From Planctomycetota bacterium (GTDB lineage: Bacteria; Planctomycetota; UBA8108; SXIK01), in contig OZ244999.1 of NCBI GenBank assembly GCA_965223265.1, positions 4,384,001 through 4,448,000 on the forward strand: DNA of 64,000 nucleotides, given 5' to 3'. The notes under the pieces are model-generated. The model was not told where the DNA came from, made no database searches, and saw only the letters and a list, made by a program, of their open reading frames with translations. The translations under genes and the position numbers were made by a program. Below, in pieces: positions 50,027 to 61,900 of the stretch; position 1 is the first letter of the stretch; each line of letters starts with the position of its first letter.

Positions 50027-51349
50027 TCACTTCTTGGATGGAGTCGACGCGGACGATGCGCGCGCCAAATCCGCTTTAATCTGGTCGTAACACTCGACAA
50101 GGCTGATCAGCGCGTAGGACGTGTCGAGCAGAGGCAAGTTCTCCATCCAACGGTCGCTCGTGTTCACCCAGCTTCCATCACTGGCCTGCATCCCGATAAG
50201 CTTCGCGCTCAGTTCAGCCGCCCAGTCGCGCGGCTCGCCCTTCGCGTCCTTGATCGTTGTCTCGCCGTAAAGGCGCAGAGCCTTCGCCATCGTGTGATAG
50301 TAGTAGAAGAGACCGTGAAGCCCAGCGCTGGGGTTTCGTGCGGTGGCCATCCCCGGATTGAGGTCGATGCTATAGTTGCGCGAGATCCACTCAACCAAGC
50401 GGCGAAAGTCAGGGTCGCTACGCTCGACTCGGGCGTGCAGGAAACTCTTCAGCGCCGCATAACTCATGCTGCCGTAGGACGAAAACACCCGAACACCTCC
50501 GTCGAGCGTCTCGATTGGCCCGCGTGTGGTGTTCGGCGAATAACGTGCGCCGCCGTCGCCCGTGCTGCCGATGCCTTTAGCGCCTAATCTCGGGTCGACG
50601 TCACCCGGTCGGTTGAGACACAAGCGCAGGTACGGCTGAACATGCGTCCAGAGCTCGTCGCTCGGTGAAAGTCCGGACGCCACCAGCGCATCGAGGGCGA
50701 ACTGCGTGTTTGAGAGGTCGCCGCGAAGCCCGCTGCCATAGCCGAAGCCGCCGAAGTGAAGATGCCTCTTCGGGTCGTAACCGGCAGCTGGCCCAAACTG
50801 CAGCCCACGCACGTACTCGCGAGCCCTAGTGATCGCGTCAGCGTATTTGGCGCGATCGAGCTCAACGAGTGCGAGGATCGCCACAGAGGTCTTGTAGTTG
50901 GGTAGTGTCGGGTCCTTGAGGTCGAAGAAGGCGCCACTCTGCCGTTGCCGCGCCAGGATGAAGTCTACCGCCGCCGAGATGTAGGGGCCGTCAGCCTCCG
51001 TGTAGTCGCGAGGATTCCGCGCCAAGGCATAGAGCGCGAAGGTTGTCAGCCCGAGATCCGAGGTGTTCTTCACCCTCACATAAGGACCGTCACCGTACGG
51101 GCCGTAGCCACCGTCCGGGTTCTGTCGCTGCGCAATCCAACGCGAGCCGAGGTCGACAGCCCCCTTGATCCTACCGAGAAGCTGCTCGCGCTCGTCCGTC
51201 AAGGCCACATTCGAGAGCCCCAGGGACGCCACAAACGCGACGGCGCAGAGGAGCTGAATCCGCCCCCAAGCTCGGCGTCGTGAGGTGCTGAAGAGAAACA
51301 TGTCGAACATCTCTGCAGGCGAAGGCGCCGAAAACGCCGTCCACAACAT
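50027..51349 (-). CDS. secreted prenyltransferase/squalene cyclase-repeat protein
   Basis: QNPDGG, Q..DGSW repeats, GGFGY, DLSNTQFAL, YGSMSYA.LK, YYY. Confidence 0.8.
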   Translation of the reverse strand: MLWTAFSAPSPAEMFDMFLFSTSRRRAWGRIQLLCAVAFVASLGLSNVALTDEREQLLGRIKGAVDLGSRWIAQRQNPDGGYGPYGDGPYVRVKNTSDLGLTTFALYALARNPRDYTEADGPYISAAVDFILARQRQSGAFFDLKDPTLPNYKTSVAILALVELDRAKYADAITRAREYVRGLQFGPAAGYDPKRHLHFGGFGYGSGLRGDLSNTQFALDALVASGLSPSDELWTHVQPYLRLCLNRPGDVDPRLGAKGIGSTGDGGARYSPNTTRGPIETLDGGVRVFSSYGSMSYAALKSFLHARVERSDPDFRRLVEWISRNYSIDLNPGMATARNPSAGLHGLFYYYHTMAKALRLYGETTIKDAKGEPRDWAAELSAKLIGMQASDGSWVNTSDRWMENLPLLDTSYALISLVECYDQIKADLARASSASTPSKK

Positions 51350-51486
51350 AGTCGCGCTCCTTTTCTGCTTCTACTGTGCCGCGTCTTTCCCGGCGCCCTA
51401 TCGACCGTTACGATCCTTCGAAAGTCTAACCGCGCCGACACCGAAATTCGAGCTGCCGCAGCGACGATCGCAAGCGCGCAGCGAGC

Positions 51487-54400
51487 TCACGCCGGGAAGT
51501 AGTCCTGAAGACTCCTCACCCCGAAATCTCGCTGCTTCAGGGCGCTGACTCCGCGCACGGCAGCACGTGCCGCCGGAATCGTCGTGATGCACGGAATGTT
51601 CAGTTGGATCGCCAACTCGCGAATCTGCGCTTCGTCAAACTGCCGCCCACGACCGGAAGGTGTGTTGATGATGAGTTTGACGTCCCCCGATCGCATCAGA
51701 TCGAGAATGTTCGGCTCGCCCCGACGAATCTTCTTGATCTCCGTAACGCCGGAGATGCCTGCGGCACTGAGGCGCCGCTTCGTTCCAGGCGTCGCGATCA
51801 CCTCGAAGCCAAGCTGCAAAAGGTCTCGCGCGATCGCAGGCATGTACTTCTTGTCGCGATCGACGACGCTCAAGAAGACCTTCCCGCTCAGTGGCAACCC
51901 TTGCGTCGCCGCCATATGCGCTTTCGCGAAGGCCATACCGAAGTCATCGTCAATCCCCATGACTTCTCCCGTCGACTTCATCTCGGGTCCGAGGATGATG
52001 TCGGTGCCCGGAAAGCGGTTGAACGGGAAAACGGACTTCTTCACAGCGATGTGGTTGACTCGCACCTCGCGGACAAACCCTAAATCAGCGAGGCGACAGC
52101 CGATCATCACCTTCGTCGCCAACTTCGCCAGCGGCACGCCGATCGCCTTCGAGACGAACGGCACCGTGCGCGATGCCCGCGGGTTGGCTTCGAGCACGTA
52201 AACCTTGTCGCCTTTGATTGCGAACTGCACGTTCATCAGCCCGCGCACCTTGAGTCCTTCGGCAAGCAAGCGCGCCACCCGACGAATCTCGCGGAGCACG
52301 CCCTCATTCAGCGAGTAGGGCGGCAGCGTACAGCTCGAGTCGCCGGAGTGCACCCCCGCCTCTTCGATATGCTCCATGATTCCTGCGACCACAGTCTGCT
52401 CTCCGTCGGCGATGCAGTCGACATCAACTTCAATCGCCTCCTCCAGGTATTTGTCGATCAGAATCGGGCTACCTGGATTCACGTCCGCCGCAAACTCGAT
52501 GTACCTTCGCAGCTGCGCATCGTCCCAGACAATCTCCATCGCACGCCCACCGAGTACGAATGATGGTCGGACGAGAACGGGATAGTCGATCTCGTGCGCA
52601 ACGCGCAGAGCGCCTTCGAAATCGGTTGCGGTACCGTTCGCCGGCTGCATCAGGCCAAGGCGCTGGAGAAGATTCTTGAACTGCTCGCGATCCTCGGCGA
52701 GATCGATCGATTCCGGTGACGTCCCGAGAATCGGCACACCGGCTTCCTTCAGCCCGCGCGCCAGATTGAGTGGAGTCTGACCACCGAGCTGTAGAATGAC
52801 GCCTCGTGGTTGCTCACTGTCGTAGATATTGAGAACATTCTCGAGAGTGAGCGGCTCAAAGTAGAGCTTGTCCGACGTGTCGTAGTCAGTTGAGACGGTC
52901 TCGGGGTTCGAGTTGACCATGATCGACCCCCATCCTTCTTCGCTGAGGGCGAAGGCGGCGTGGACGCAGCAGTAGTCGAACTCGATTCCTTGGCCGATGC
53001 GATTCGGCCCGCCTCCGAGGATCATCGCCTTGTTGCCGGAAGCACAGCGATTCTCATCCTCGTACTCGTACGTAGAGTAGTAGTATGGCGTAAACGCCTC
53101 GAATTCGGCCGCGCACGTATCGACCAGTTTGAACGTCGGTCGCACCCCTGCCTGCTTGCGGTGCTCACGCACCTCAGACTCCGTGCTGCCCCAAGCCACG
53201 GCCAATTGACGATCGGCGTAACCAAGTCGTTTGGACTCCTGGAAAACCGAAGCGGGGACATCATCGACCGACTGATAGAGTGTTAGCTGATCCTCATACT
53301 CAACCAGCTCCTGAATGTTGTCTAAGAACCAAATGTCGATCCCCGTGAGATCGCTGACCTCTTCGACGCCGAGGCCACGCTTCAGCGCGTGACGAACGAA
53401 AAAGAGCCGCGAGCTATTCGGCGTCTTCAGGTTGGCTCGAATCTCGTCCAAAGACAGCCGCTCGGAATCATCCTCTTGGCCGCCGAGGCCGAGCCCCGCG
53501 GCCTTCGCCTCGAGCGAGCGGATCGCCTTCTGCAGCGATTCCTTGAACGTGCGTCCGATCGACATGACTTCGCCTACCGATTTCATACTCGTCGTCAGCG
53601 TCGGGTCGGAATCTGGAAACTTGGCGAAGTCGAATCGCGGAATCTTGACAACGCAGTAGTCGATCGACGGCTCAAAGCAGGCGGGTGTCTTTTTGGTGAT
53701 GTCGTTGGGAATCTCGTCGAGCGTGTAGCCGACCGCAAGACGCGTCGCAATCTTAGCGATGGCGAAACCCGTTGCTTTTGATGCCAGAGCTGAGCTGCGG
53801 GAGACGCGAGGATTCATCTCGATGACAATCATCCGTCCGGTGCGTGGATCGGTCGCGAATTGAATGTTCGCTCCGCCTGTTTCGACTCCTATCCGACGAA
53901 TGATCGCCAGCGCGGCGTTGCGCATCGTCTGATACTCTTTGTCAGTCAGAGTCTGCGCGGGAGCGACGGTAATACTATCGCCCGTGTGAACGCCCATAGC
54001 GTCAAAGTTTTCGATCGAGCAGACGATCACGACGTTGTCGTTACGATCGCGCATCACCTCGAGCTCGAACTCCTTCCAGCCCTCGACGGACTCCTCGACG
54101 AGGATTTCCGACGTCGGGCTGGCGAGAAACCCAGCGCGGCAAATCTGGCGGAATTGGTCAGCGTCATACGCCATTCCGCCGCCGGTGCCTCCGAGCGTGA
54201 AGCTGGGGCGAATCACCATCGGCAGTCCGATGTCGCCGAGTGCGGCCTCCGCCTCGTCCATGTTCCGGAGGACCGCGCTACGCGGCACTTCCAGGCCACA
54301 GTCCGCGACCGCATCTTTGAACAGCTGTCGATCTTCGGCGCACTGAATCACGTCATAGCTCGCGCCCAAGAGCTCGACACCGTACTTGTCGAGCACTCCC

Positions 54401-54714
54401 GCTTCCCACAACTCAGCTGCGAGGTTCAGCCCGGTTTGGCCCCCGAGTGTCGGCAGGAGAGCATCCGGTCTTTCCCGGTCGATGATCTTGCTGACGGCAG
54501 CAAGAGTCAATGGCTCGACATAGGTGCGGTCACTGAACTCCGGGTCCGTCATGATCGTTGCCGGGTTCGAGTTGACCAAGACGACGCAGTAGCCTTCTTT
54601 CCTCAACTCCTTGCATGCTTGAGTCCCGGAGTAGTCGAACTCGCAAGCCTGGCCGATGATGATCGGCCCCGAACCGATCAGGAGAATCTTCTCTATGTCG
54701 TCGCGTCGCGGCAT
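51487..54714 (-). CDS. carB: carbamoyl-phosphate synthase large subunit
   Basis: [24 protein letters not shown]; duplicated ATP-grasp domains; MGS domain. Confidence 0.99.
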   Translation of the reverse strand: MPRRDDIEKILLIGSGPIIIGQACEFDYSGTQACKELRKEGYCVVLVNSNPATIMTDPEFSDRTYVEPLTLAAVSKIIDRERPDALLPTLGGQTGLNLAAELWEAGVLDKYGVELLGASYDVIQCAEDRQLFKDAVADCGLEVPRSAVLRNMDEAEAALGDIGLPMVIRPSFTLGGTGGGMAYDADQFRQICRAGFLASPTSEILVEESVEGWKEFELEVMRDRNDNVVIVCSIENFDAMGVHTGDSITVAPAQTLTDKEYQTMRNAALAIIRRIGVETGGANIQFATDPRTGRMIVIEMNPRVSRSSALASKATGFAIAKIATRLAVGYTLDEIPNDITKKTPACFEPSIDYCVVKIPRFDFAKFPDSDPTLTTSMKSVGEVMSIGRTFKESLQKAIRSLEAKAAGLGLGGQEDDSERLSLDEIRANLKTPNSSRLFFVRHALKRGLGVEEVSDLTGIDIWFLDNIQELVEYEDQLTLYQSVDDVPASVFQESKRLGYADRQLAVAWGSTESEVREHRKQAGVRPTFKLVDTCAAEFEAFTPYYYSTYEYEDENRCASGNKAMILGGGPNRIGQGIEFDYCCVHAAFALSEEGWGSIMVNSNPETVSTDYDTSDKLYFEPLTLENVLNIYDSEQPRGVILQLGGQTPLNLARGLKEAGVPILGTSPESIDLAEDREQFKNLLQRLGLMQPANGTATDFEGALRVAHEIDYPVLVRPSFVLGGRAMEIVWDDAQLRRYIEFAADVNPGSPILIDKYLEEAIEVDVDCIADGEQTVVAGIMEHIEEAGVHSGDSSCTLPPYSLNEGVLREIRRVARLLAEGLKVRGLMNVQFAIKGDKVYVLEANPRASRTVPFVSKAIGVPLAKLATKVMIGCRLADLGFVREVRVNHIAVKKSVFPFNRFPGTDIILGPEMKSTGEVMGIDDDFGMAFAKAHMAATQGLPLSGKVFLSVVDRDKKYMPAIARDLLQLGFEVIATPGTKRRLSAAGISGVTEIKKIRRGEPNILDLMRSGDVKLIINTPSGRGRQFDEAQIRELAIQLNIPCITTIPAARAAVRGVSALKQRDFGVRSLQDYFPA

Positions 54715-55346
54715 AATGTCTCGTTTGTAATCCTACCCGGCAACCTCATCCAATCTGTTCACCGCCGCAGCGACAGCGGTCGACGCGGGCAACGCTGGCC
54801 CGAGGTCTCTCGCCCGATCAACACGCTGAGCTCGGAGTTCTTAGTAGATCAAGGCCGGCAAGCTCTGCTGACCTCCCGAGGAGGTCGACCGCATCCATAT
54901 CCATTCCCGTTGGCGGCTTTGCGAGCGGACTTTCCGACACCGCCGTCGCGACCGATCGGCGCAGTCGTGCGCAACGACCGCGGATCTGCCGCGGCGCTGG
55001 TCGGACAGTGACCGAGCTCCCAAAGACCACTTCGATCTTAGGAAAAACGGCTGCGCCCGGACAGTCACCACCACGATCTCGAGTGCAAAATTTCGGGAAG
55101 TTAGCACACAACGCACGCGGTTGCAACTTCTTGCGCGAGTCTGGCTGCACCGATAAGCTCTCGAGTGGCTCGCCGCGACGTTTCTGGCTGCTCCGCGCTG
55201 CCCACGGGCCTGTTAGGCAGGGACGCCGAGGCCCTCTGCTCCCCACTCACCTGGTTGTGTGTTAGGGTGTCGCGACGCACGACCTGGAGAAGAAGAGCGG
55301 GGCCGCTTGATCCGCTCCCGTCGCCGGCCGCACCAAGGAGAACCTT

Positions 55347-56459
55347 GTGAGCTATTCCGAAGTCAAAGCTCGGCTTGGCGAATTCCTCAATCGGATCGAC
55401 GACATTCGCCACACGGTCGATGTCGACGCCAATCTGAAGCGCATCGAAGAGCTCGAAGCGAAGATGGCGGCTCCTGGATTCTGGGACAACAACGAGTCGG
55501 CGCAGGAAACGATAGCGCTCGTCAAACGGCTCAAGAGCGACACCGACCCGGTCGTCGAGCTGACGGAGCGCCTGATCGAACAGCGCGAGCTCGCCGAACT
55601 CGGCGAAGCAGAGGACGACTCCGACACTCTCGCCGACCTGACATCCGAGCTCGAGTCGGTCGGGACCGCCCTCGAGGAACTCGAGCTGAAGGCGACGCTC
55701 AACGAGCCACATGACGGCAACGACGCGTTCATTTCGGTTCACGCTGGTGCCGGCGGCACGGAGTCGTGCGATTGGGCCTCTATGTTGGCGCGTCAATACG
55801 TACGTTTCTGCGAAAAGCAAGGGTTTGCAATCGACGAGATCGACCGCCTGGCTGGCGAGGAAGCGGGAATCCGCAGCGCCATGTACTCCGTCAAGGGGCC
55901 GTACGCGTATGGACTCCTGAAGGCAGAAGTGGGCGTCCACCGACTCGTCCGCATCTCCCCATTCGACGCCAAAGGACGGCGGCATACCTCGTTCGCCGCC
56001 GTCGACGTCATGCCAGACCTTCCTGAAACTTCTAAGGAGGTCGAAGTCAACCCGGCAGACCTGCGCGTTGATACCTACCGTGCCGGCGGCGCCGGGGGCC
56101 AACACGTCAACAAGACCGATTCCGCCGTGCGCATCACTCACCTGCCGACCGGAATCGTCGTGCAATGCCAGAACGAGCGCTCGCAGCACTCCAATCGTGC
56201 CACCGCGATGAAGATGCTCAAAGCACGCCTCATTTTAGAGGAAGAGAAAAAGCGAGACGCGGAGTTAGCGAAGCTCTACGGCGAGAAAGGTGAGATCGCC
56301 TTCGGGGCCCAGATTCGATCCTACACGCTGCAGCCGTTCACGCTCGTCAAGGACCATCGCACGCAGCACGAGTGCGGCAATGCCAACGCTGTGCTCGACG
56401 GCGAGATCCTGGCGTTTATCGATGCGTACTTGAGACATCGCCGCCGGAAATCGAACTGA
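55347..56459 (+). CDS. prfB: peptide chain release factor 2 (no programmed frameshift)
   Basis: AAGGAG RBS then GTG; SPF motif; GGQHVNKTDSAVR; continuous frame. Confidence 0.98.
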   Translation: MSYSEVKARLGEFLNRIDDIRHTVDVDANLKRIEELEAKMAAPGFWDNNESAQETIALVKRLKSDTDPVVELTERLIEQRELAELGEAEDDSDTLADLTSELESVGTALEELELKATLNEPHDGNDAFISVHAGAGGTESCDWASMLARQYVRFCEKQGFAIDEIDRLAGEEAGIRSAMYSVKGPYAYGLLKAEVGVHRLVRISPFDAKGRRHTSFAAVDVMPDLPETSKEVEVNPADLRVDTYRAGGAGGQHVNKTDSAVRITHLPTGIVVQCQNERSQHSNRATAMKMLKARLILEEEKKRDAELAKLYGEKGEIAFGAQIRSYTLQPFTLVKDHRTQHECGNANAVLDGEILAFIDAYLRHRRRKSN

Positions 56460-56510
56460 CGCGTATCGATCCGGCGAAACCTGGCCAAAAAACCGACGCG
56501 ACCTTCTGTC

Positions 56511-57452
56511 ATGACTGCTCTCCGCCCAGCCAACGTGAAGCCGTTCGCCCAACGTCTTGAAGAAGCGATCGATGCCAAAGGAAGCTGTCTCGTTGTCGGC
56601 CTCGACCCAATCCTCGAGCGCCTGCCGCCAGATAGCCTCGCAGCGATCGGGCACCGAGCCTCGGGCTCTGAGGGAGAAACCGCGCGCGCCGCGGCGTCCT
56701 TCGGGCTCTTTTGCCGCGTGGTGATCGAACAGGTCGCCGACGTCGCCGTCGCCGTCAAGCCGAACATTGCCTTCTTCGAGCGCTACGGCGCCGCAGGGCT
56801 CGACGTCTTGCGGTCGATCTCGAAGGAAGCGCAGGACGCTGGTCTACTCGTCATCCTCGATGCCAAGAGAGGCGATATCGGCCACACGGCCGAGGCGTAC
56901 GCCGAAGCCCTGCTCGGCACCACGAACGACACGCTCGGGCCCCACGTCGACGCGTTGACCCTGAATCCGTATCTCGGGCGAGATTCCATCACGCCGTTCG
57001 TCGATCGAGCGCAAGCGCTGGGTCGCGGACTGTTCCTGCTCGTGCGAACTTCCAATCGATCCGCAGCGGACTTCCAGGAGCTCGAAGTCGCCGGCGCGCC
57101 GCTGTACGTCGAAGTCGCGCGCCAGGTTGCTGCTTGGGCGACCGAGTGCCGAGAGAAAGACGGCTGGAGCTGCATCGGCGCCGTGGTCGGCGCCACGTCG
57201 CCCGAAGCCGCGGCACAGATACGGGAGATCCTTACCGCCAGCTATTTCTTAGTGCCTGGGGTCGGAGCACAGGGAGGCGATCCAAAGGATCTCGCGCCAT
57301 ATTTCGTCGCCGGAGGCCACGGCGCGATCATCAATGCGTCGCGTTCGATCATCTTCGCGTACGAAAGTCGACCAGGGCCATGGCCTGACGCAATTCGCGC
57401 CGCGGCACAGGAGACACGCGACACACTGGAGATGGTGCGCACGGGCCGCTGA
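56511..57452 (+). CDS. pyrF: orotidine-5'-phosphate decarboxylase (type 2)
   Basis: VGLDP, KPNIAFFE, DAKRGDI..T, NPYLG, VRTSN, VVGAT, PG.GAQGG, SR.I. Confidence 0.95.
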   Translation: MTALRPANVKPFAQRLEEAIDAKGSCLVVGLDPILERLPPDSLAAIGHRASGSEGETARAAASFGLFCRVVIEQVADVAVAVKPNIAFFERYGAAGLDVLRSISKEAQDAGLLVILDAKRGDIGHTAEAYAEALLGTTNDTLGPHVDALTLNPYLGRDSITPFVDRAQALGRGLFLLVRTSNRSAADFQELEVAGAPLYVEVARQVAAWATECREKDGWSCIGAVVGATSPEAAAQIREILTASYFLVPGVGAQGGDPKDLAPYFVAGGHGAIINASRSIIFAYESRPGPWPDAIRAAAQETRDTLEMVRTGR

Positions 57453-57579
57453 CGCGCTGCACCCGTCCGGGACCATAGCGGACCATGGTGTCAGTACACC
57501 CCGGCGACTCGATGCGATCCCGATGATCGCCATGCCAGTGTAGCCCCGAGTGAGGCCGTCGACTCACCGGTCGGTCGGA

Positions 57580-58539
57580 TCACGGCACAGCGCTGGAAGG
57601 CGACTCGGCGACATCGGCAGCACCACCGGTACCTTTGCCGCTTCGCGACGACGCACTGAGCATGGCGCGACGCTTGGCGCGAATCGCTCGCTGTATACGG
57701 CGCATCCGCTCTCGGGAATGGGCGCCCTCGGCAGTGCCGTTGCCGTTCTTGATGCCGCCGTTCTTACTGCCCCCGTTGGCGCTCGTGGCGTCGTGGGCGG
57801 TCGCCAGCTGCGATCTGTAGCAGGCATCGGCGCGATCGAACGCCGCCGCCGCTTGCACAAAGAAACCTGAGTTGTAGAAGCTGCAGCCGACCTCGTAGTA
57901 GCCCTCGTACGCGCCCAAGTCGTACATCAAGTCGTAAAAGGTCTCGATGCCGTTCTCGTAGGCCAACGCCACGAAGTCATTCCTGTGAATGTAGAGAGAA
58001 CGAATGAAGAGTTGGATGCGCGAGAAGCTTGCGAGGTGCTCCTCAAGGCGCAGCCGCGCCCGACCGAACAAATAACGAATGTGCTGCAGCTTGTGGGGAA
58101 AGAGCGTGTGAGCTTCATCGAGGATGTGTCGCAGCTCGACTTCCGCGTCGTCGCGCTCATAGAGCGGCGCGTACGTGATGACGTTGTAGTGCTCTTCCTT
58201 GAGAATCGAGATCTCGTGAAAGATGTCGGCGACGTACCGGTCCAGGAGATCGGTCTGATCTTGACCTCGAAAGACGAGGTGGCACAAATCCTTGAGCTCG
58301 TGGATATATCCGTTCCGAAGGCGCTCAAGGCCCTTGAGGTCGAGCAGGCTCGCCAGCTCCTGTGACTTGAGCCGCAGGTCGGCGCGCGGGATCCCCAAAA
58401 GCTCTGAGTAGCTCGAGACCTTGTTCTCGTAGCGCTCGAACTGCTCCATGAAGGCGGAGTGCGAGCGGTAGAAAAGCTCGACGATCGTCCAGATCCTCTG
58501 ACCGAGCTCCTGCTCGACCGGCGAGAACCGATGCATCAT
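57580..58539 (-). CDS. hypothetical all-helical protein with C-terminal TPR-like segment
   Basis: GGAGG RBS; coherent helical sequence (LKDLCH.VFR, IFHEISILKEEHY); family not identified. Confidence 0.7.
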   Translation of the reverse strand: MMHRFSPVEQELGQRIWTIVELFYRSHSAFMEQFERYENKVSSYSELLGIPRADLRLKSQELASLLDLKGLERLRNGYIHELKDLCHLVFRGQDQTDLLDRYVADIFHEISILKEEHYNVITYAPLYERDDAEVELRHILDEAHTLFPHKLQHIRYLFGRARLRLEEHLASFSRIQLFIRSLYIHRNDFVALAYENGIETFYDLMYDLGAYEGYYEVGCSFYNSGFFVQAAAAFDRADACYRSQLATAHDATSANGGSKNGGIKNGNGTAEGAHSRERMRRIQRAIRAKRRAMLSASSRSGKGTGGAADVAESPSSAVP

Positions 58540-58987
58540 GTGTACTACCTCCCCGTGCTCCGGACGGCACCCAGCCCACTAGAACCGGCAGTCGAAGCCG
58601 CGTCAATGTCCTGCGACCGGGAAATTCGCGTGCCAAGGGCAAAGTGGGGCGAACGGGTGAGCGCGCCGTCGACGAGCCCGGCCTTAACCCGTAAACTGGA
58701 TCTTTTCCCTATCCCAGCTCTCCCGCCCTCAAGTGCCCAATACCCCTGCGGCCTACACCCAGGGTATCGGCTTTCAGGATCGGGGGGATTTTGGGTGCGA
58801 ACGGCTGTTTCCACCTGTTCCAGCAACCCAGGAGCCCCCAAGCGGGGTGTCAACAAGTTAGGCACCCCTCGAGCCGGGACCCCTCTCCTAAACTCCCTTG
58901 CCCCCCAAGAGGAACGCACCCGCCCGGTCGACGCTCTCGCATGGCCGTGGTCGGCTCGCATCTCTCAGATCTCAGGAGTCAATCTGT

Positions 58988-61900
58988 ATGCGAAGTCCAC
59001 GAGAGACCGTCTCTCTTCTCCACGTCAGCCGCGCCTCGCTTTGGATCGCAACGTTCGCTCTGGCGGCGGCAGTCGGCTGCAATGATTCGTCAAGCAGCGG
59101 CGGTGGCGGAGGGAGCGGTATGCCTCCCGGAACTCCTGGCACGGCGACGGTCTCCGTAGTTTCGGTGACACCGTCGGACGGCGCCAACGACGTGGCGACG
59201 AGCGCGGCGGTTCAGATCGAGTTTTCCGCCGACGTCGACGCGGCGACAGTGACCGCAGCGAACTTTCAAGTTTCGGGCTCGGTGACCGGCCTCGTCGCGG
59301 GCGCATACGCCTACGACGGAACGAACTTCGTAGCCACCTTCACACCGGACGAAGAGTTCGCGTTTGGAGAGACGATCGCGGTGGACTTGACCACCGACAT
59401 CAAAGCTGCCGACGGCGGCGCGTTCGACGGTTTCATGTCTAGCTTCACGATCGAGGCAAGCCCACCTCTGCCGGCGAATCTCGTCACCATCGAGTCAGCT
59501 TCTCCAGAGCGCGCAGCGCAGGGTGTCGACGCGAATGCTGAGGTGAATGTTCTGCTGAGCGACAGCGTTGTCCCCAGCTCCGTCAACGTCGCAACCGCGT
59601 GGCTAAACAGTAGCCTCACGGGACGCGTCGCGGCCCAGCTCGTGCTCATGGACTCGAGTCGCCGCATTCGAATGTTTCCGTCTCGGCCGTTTCGCGCCGG
59701 AGAAGTCATTACGGTACACCTTTCGGCTCTTATCGAGCCAGCCGACGCGGCTCAAGTGTTCGTCGGTGAGTCGTTTCGCTTTCGCGTCGCCTCAGCAGCT
59801 ACGGATCTGACGAATGCGCGCCGATCAGTGACGAGCGCGGTCACAACCATCAAGGAACTGCTCAGCGGCGACTTCAACCTCGACGACCACCTCGACCTCG
59901 CCTACCTGACCGACGGTGGCAGAGAGATCCACTTTCTTCTCGGCGACGGTAGTGGAGATTTCCCCGGCCGCGCTCGCGTCGGTTTCCCAATGGAGCTCCT
60001 CAGCATCGCAACAGGCGACCTTGACGTCGACGGCGATGTAGACTTCATTGTCGGCACTCTGACGGGCGTGGCGACAGCCACGAACCTCGCAGCGCAGCAG
60101 AACGTGGCGGGCGACGAAGTCCGTTTCACGCCTTCCTCGGAAGTGATCCTCGGTAGCGCGGTGCGCGGTATTGTCGCGGGCGACATCGACTTTCTGGGCG
60201 ATCTCGATTACGTACTCGACACCGACGCTGGGCTCGAAGTTCGCTTGGGCTCGCTCGCCTCGAATTCCGTTCAGGTTTTGGGCGCCAGCCGCCAGGCGGC
60301 GTCGCCACTGCGCCTTGACGACCTCAACCTCGACGGTCAAGTCGACCTGGTTTACGGCGCCGCGACCGGGACGCGCCTCGCTTACCGCCTCGGTCGGTTG
60401 CCAGACGTCAACGGCGGTCAGGGTGGCAACGACGCGACGAATCCATTCGGTCCGGAACGCTCAGTCGAAATAGGCCATGGTGTTGAAGATCTGCTCGTCG
60501 AAAACCTGGACTCAAATGCAACGCCGGAAATCCTGGTACTCACGACTGCCGGTGCAACACTCGAAGGCGGCGCACTCCGAATCCTCACGCGCAACGAAGT
60601 GGGCGGGTATGAAGTGGAGGAGCTTGTCGGTCCAGCGCCGGAGGCAGGCGGCGACGGCGACGGCCAAGGCGCCAGCCTCGACACTGGGCGCTTGGCGCTC
60701 GCCGACTTTGAGGGGGATGCGGCGCTGGATCCGATCGTCTCGAGTGCTCTGAACGAGCGCGTCGTTTGGATCCCGCATCAAAGCGGCGCGCCCCTACTCC
60801 AGCAGGGCGAAGAGCTTCTCCGTGCACCCGTCGCGCTCTCCGTCATCGCCGGCGACTTCACGGCGAACGGCGCTACAGAAATCTACGCCGCAGCTTTGAA
60901 CGAGGTTCACGGACTGATCGTCCGCGATGACGTGCCGCCGCCGGCAGATACCTTTCATCTCCGCGTCGTCGGTTCCGAAGCTCGCCGGGGTCAAGCGAGT
61001 GCCGCGGCGCTGCTACGGGCAACGAGCTCATCGCCTATGGATGGATACTCGCTCATCGTCGGCTACGATCCGGCGGTGCTCTCACCGCAGAGCGCAAGTT
61101 TCGTCGGCACGGAAACCGAATCAGCGGCAGCAGACTTCACCCGGTTTCAATTGCGGGCTGGCGACAGCGCTGTGACCGTCGAAGCGGTGGTCGACGTCTC
61201 CGCGGCGGTCCGCACCATTCCCCCCATCAACGATGCTGCCCTCTGTCGACTTCTCTTCACTGTCCAACCGGATGCGGCGCTCGGCGACTCCTCCCTGACG
61301 CTCGTGGACACGCTAGCAAGCGTACCTGCGATCTCAACGCGCTTCGTCGTGGGGAGTGATACGATCACTCCGACATTGGAAGACGGCGAGCTCACGATCG
61401 TCTCCGGCGACGAGCCAAACGGTGGTGAGAACCCGAACAAGATGCGCGCCGGCGACGCCGCGATCGCCGCGGGCACCTCGGGGCTCGTGCCAATCTTTGG
61501 CACGGCGGAGGAAAACGTCGACGCGTTCACGACGATTCTCGGCTTCGATCCCGACTTCCTCGACTTCGAAGACGTCGATCTGACCGGGTCCGCGACTGAA
61601 CCGCTCAACCCTGAGTTCACGTTCCTCCGACGCGCGCCAGAAGGTGATCACTTCACGTACACCGTCATCTTTGACTTTAACCCGCCGTTCGACCGCCAAG
61701 CGATTCCGGCCGGCGACGACTTTCTCCTTTTTAGCGCTCGCTTTGCAGTCAAACGCAGCACACCAACCGGTGCCTACCCGGTAATGTTCCTCGACGGCGT
61801 CGGCGATCCCGCGCTTTTCAACATCTTTGCGTTCGGCGGTCAATCCATTCTGGTCGACACGCAAAACGGAGTGATCGAGGTGGAAGGCACTGGAGAGACA

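Noticed and set aside
54715-55346. PyrR attenuator or small gene in the carB-prfB spacer
   Set aside because: No PyrR loop consensus, no U-tract terminator and no credible ORF
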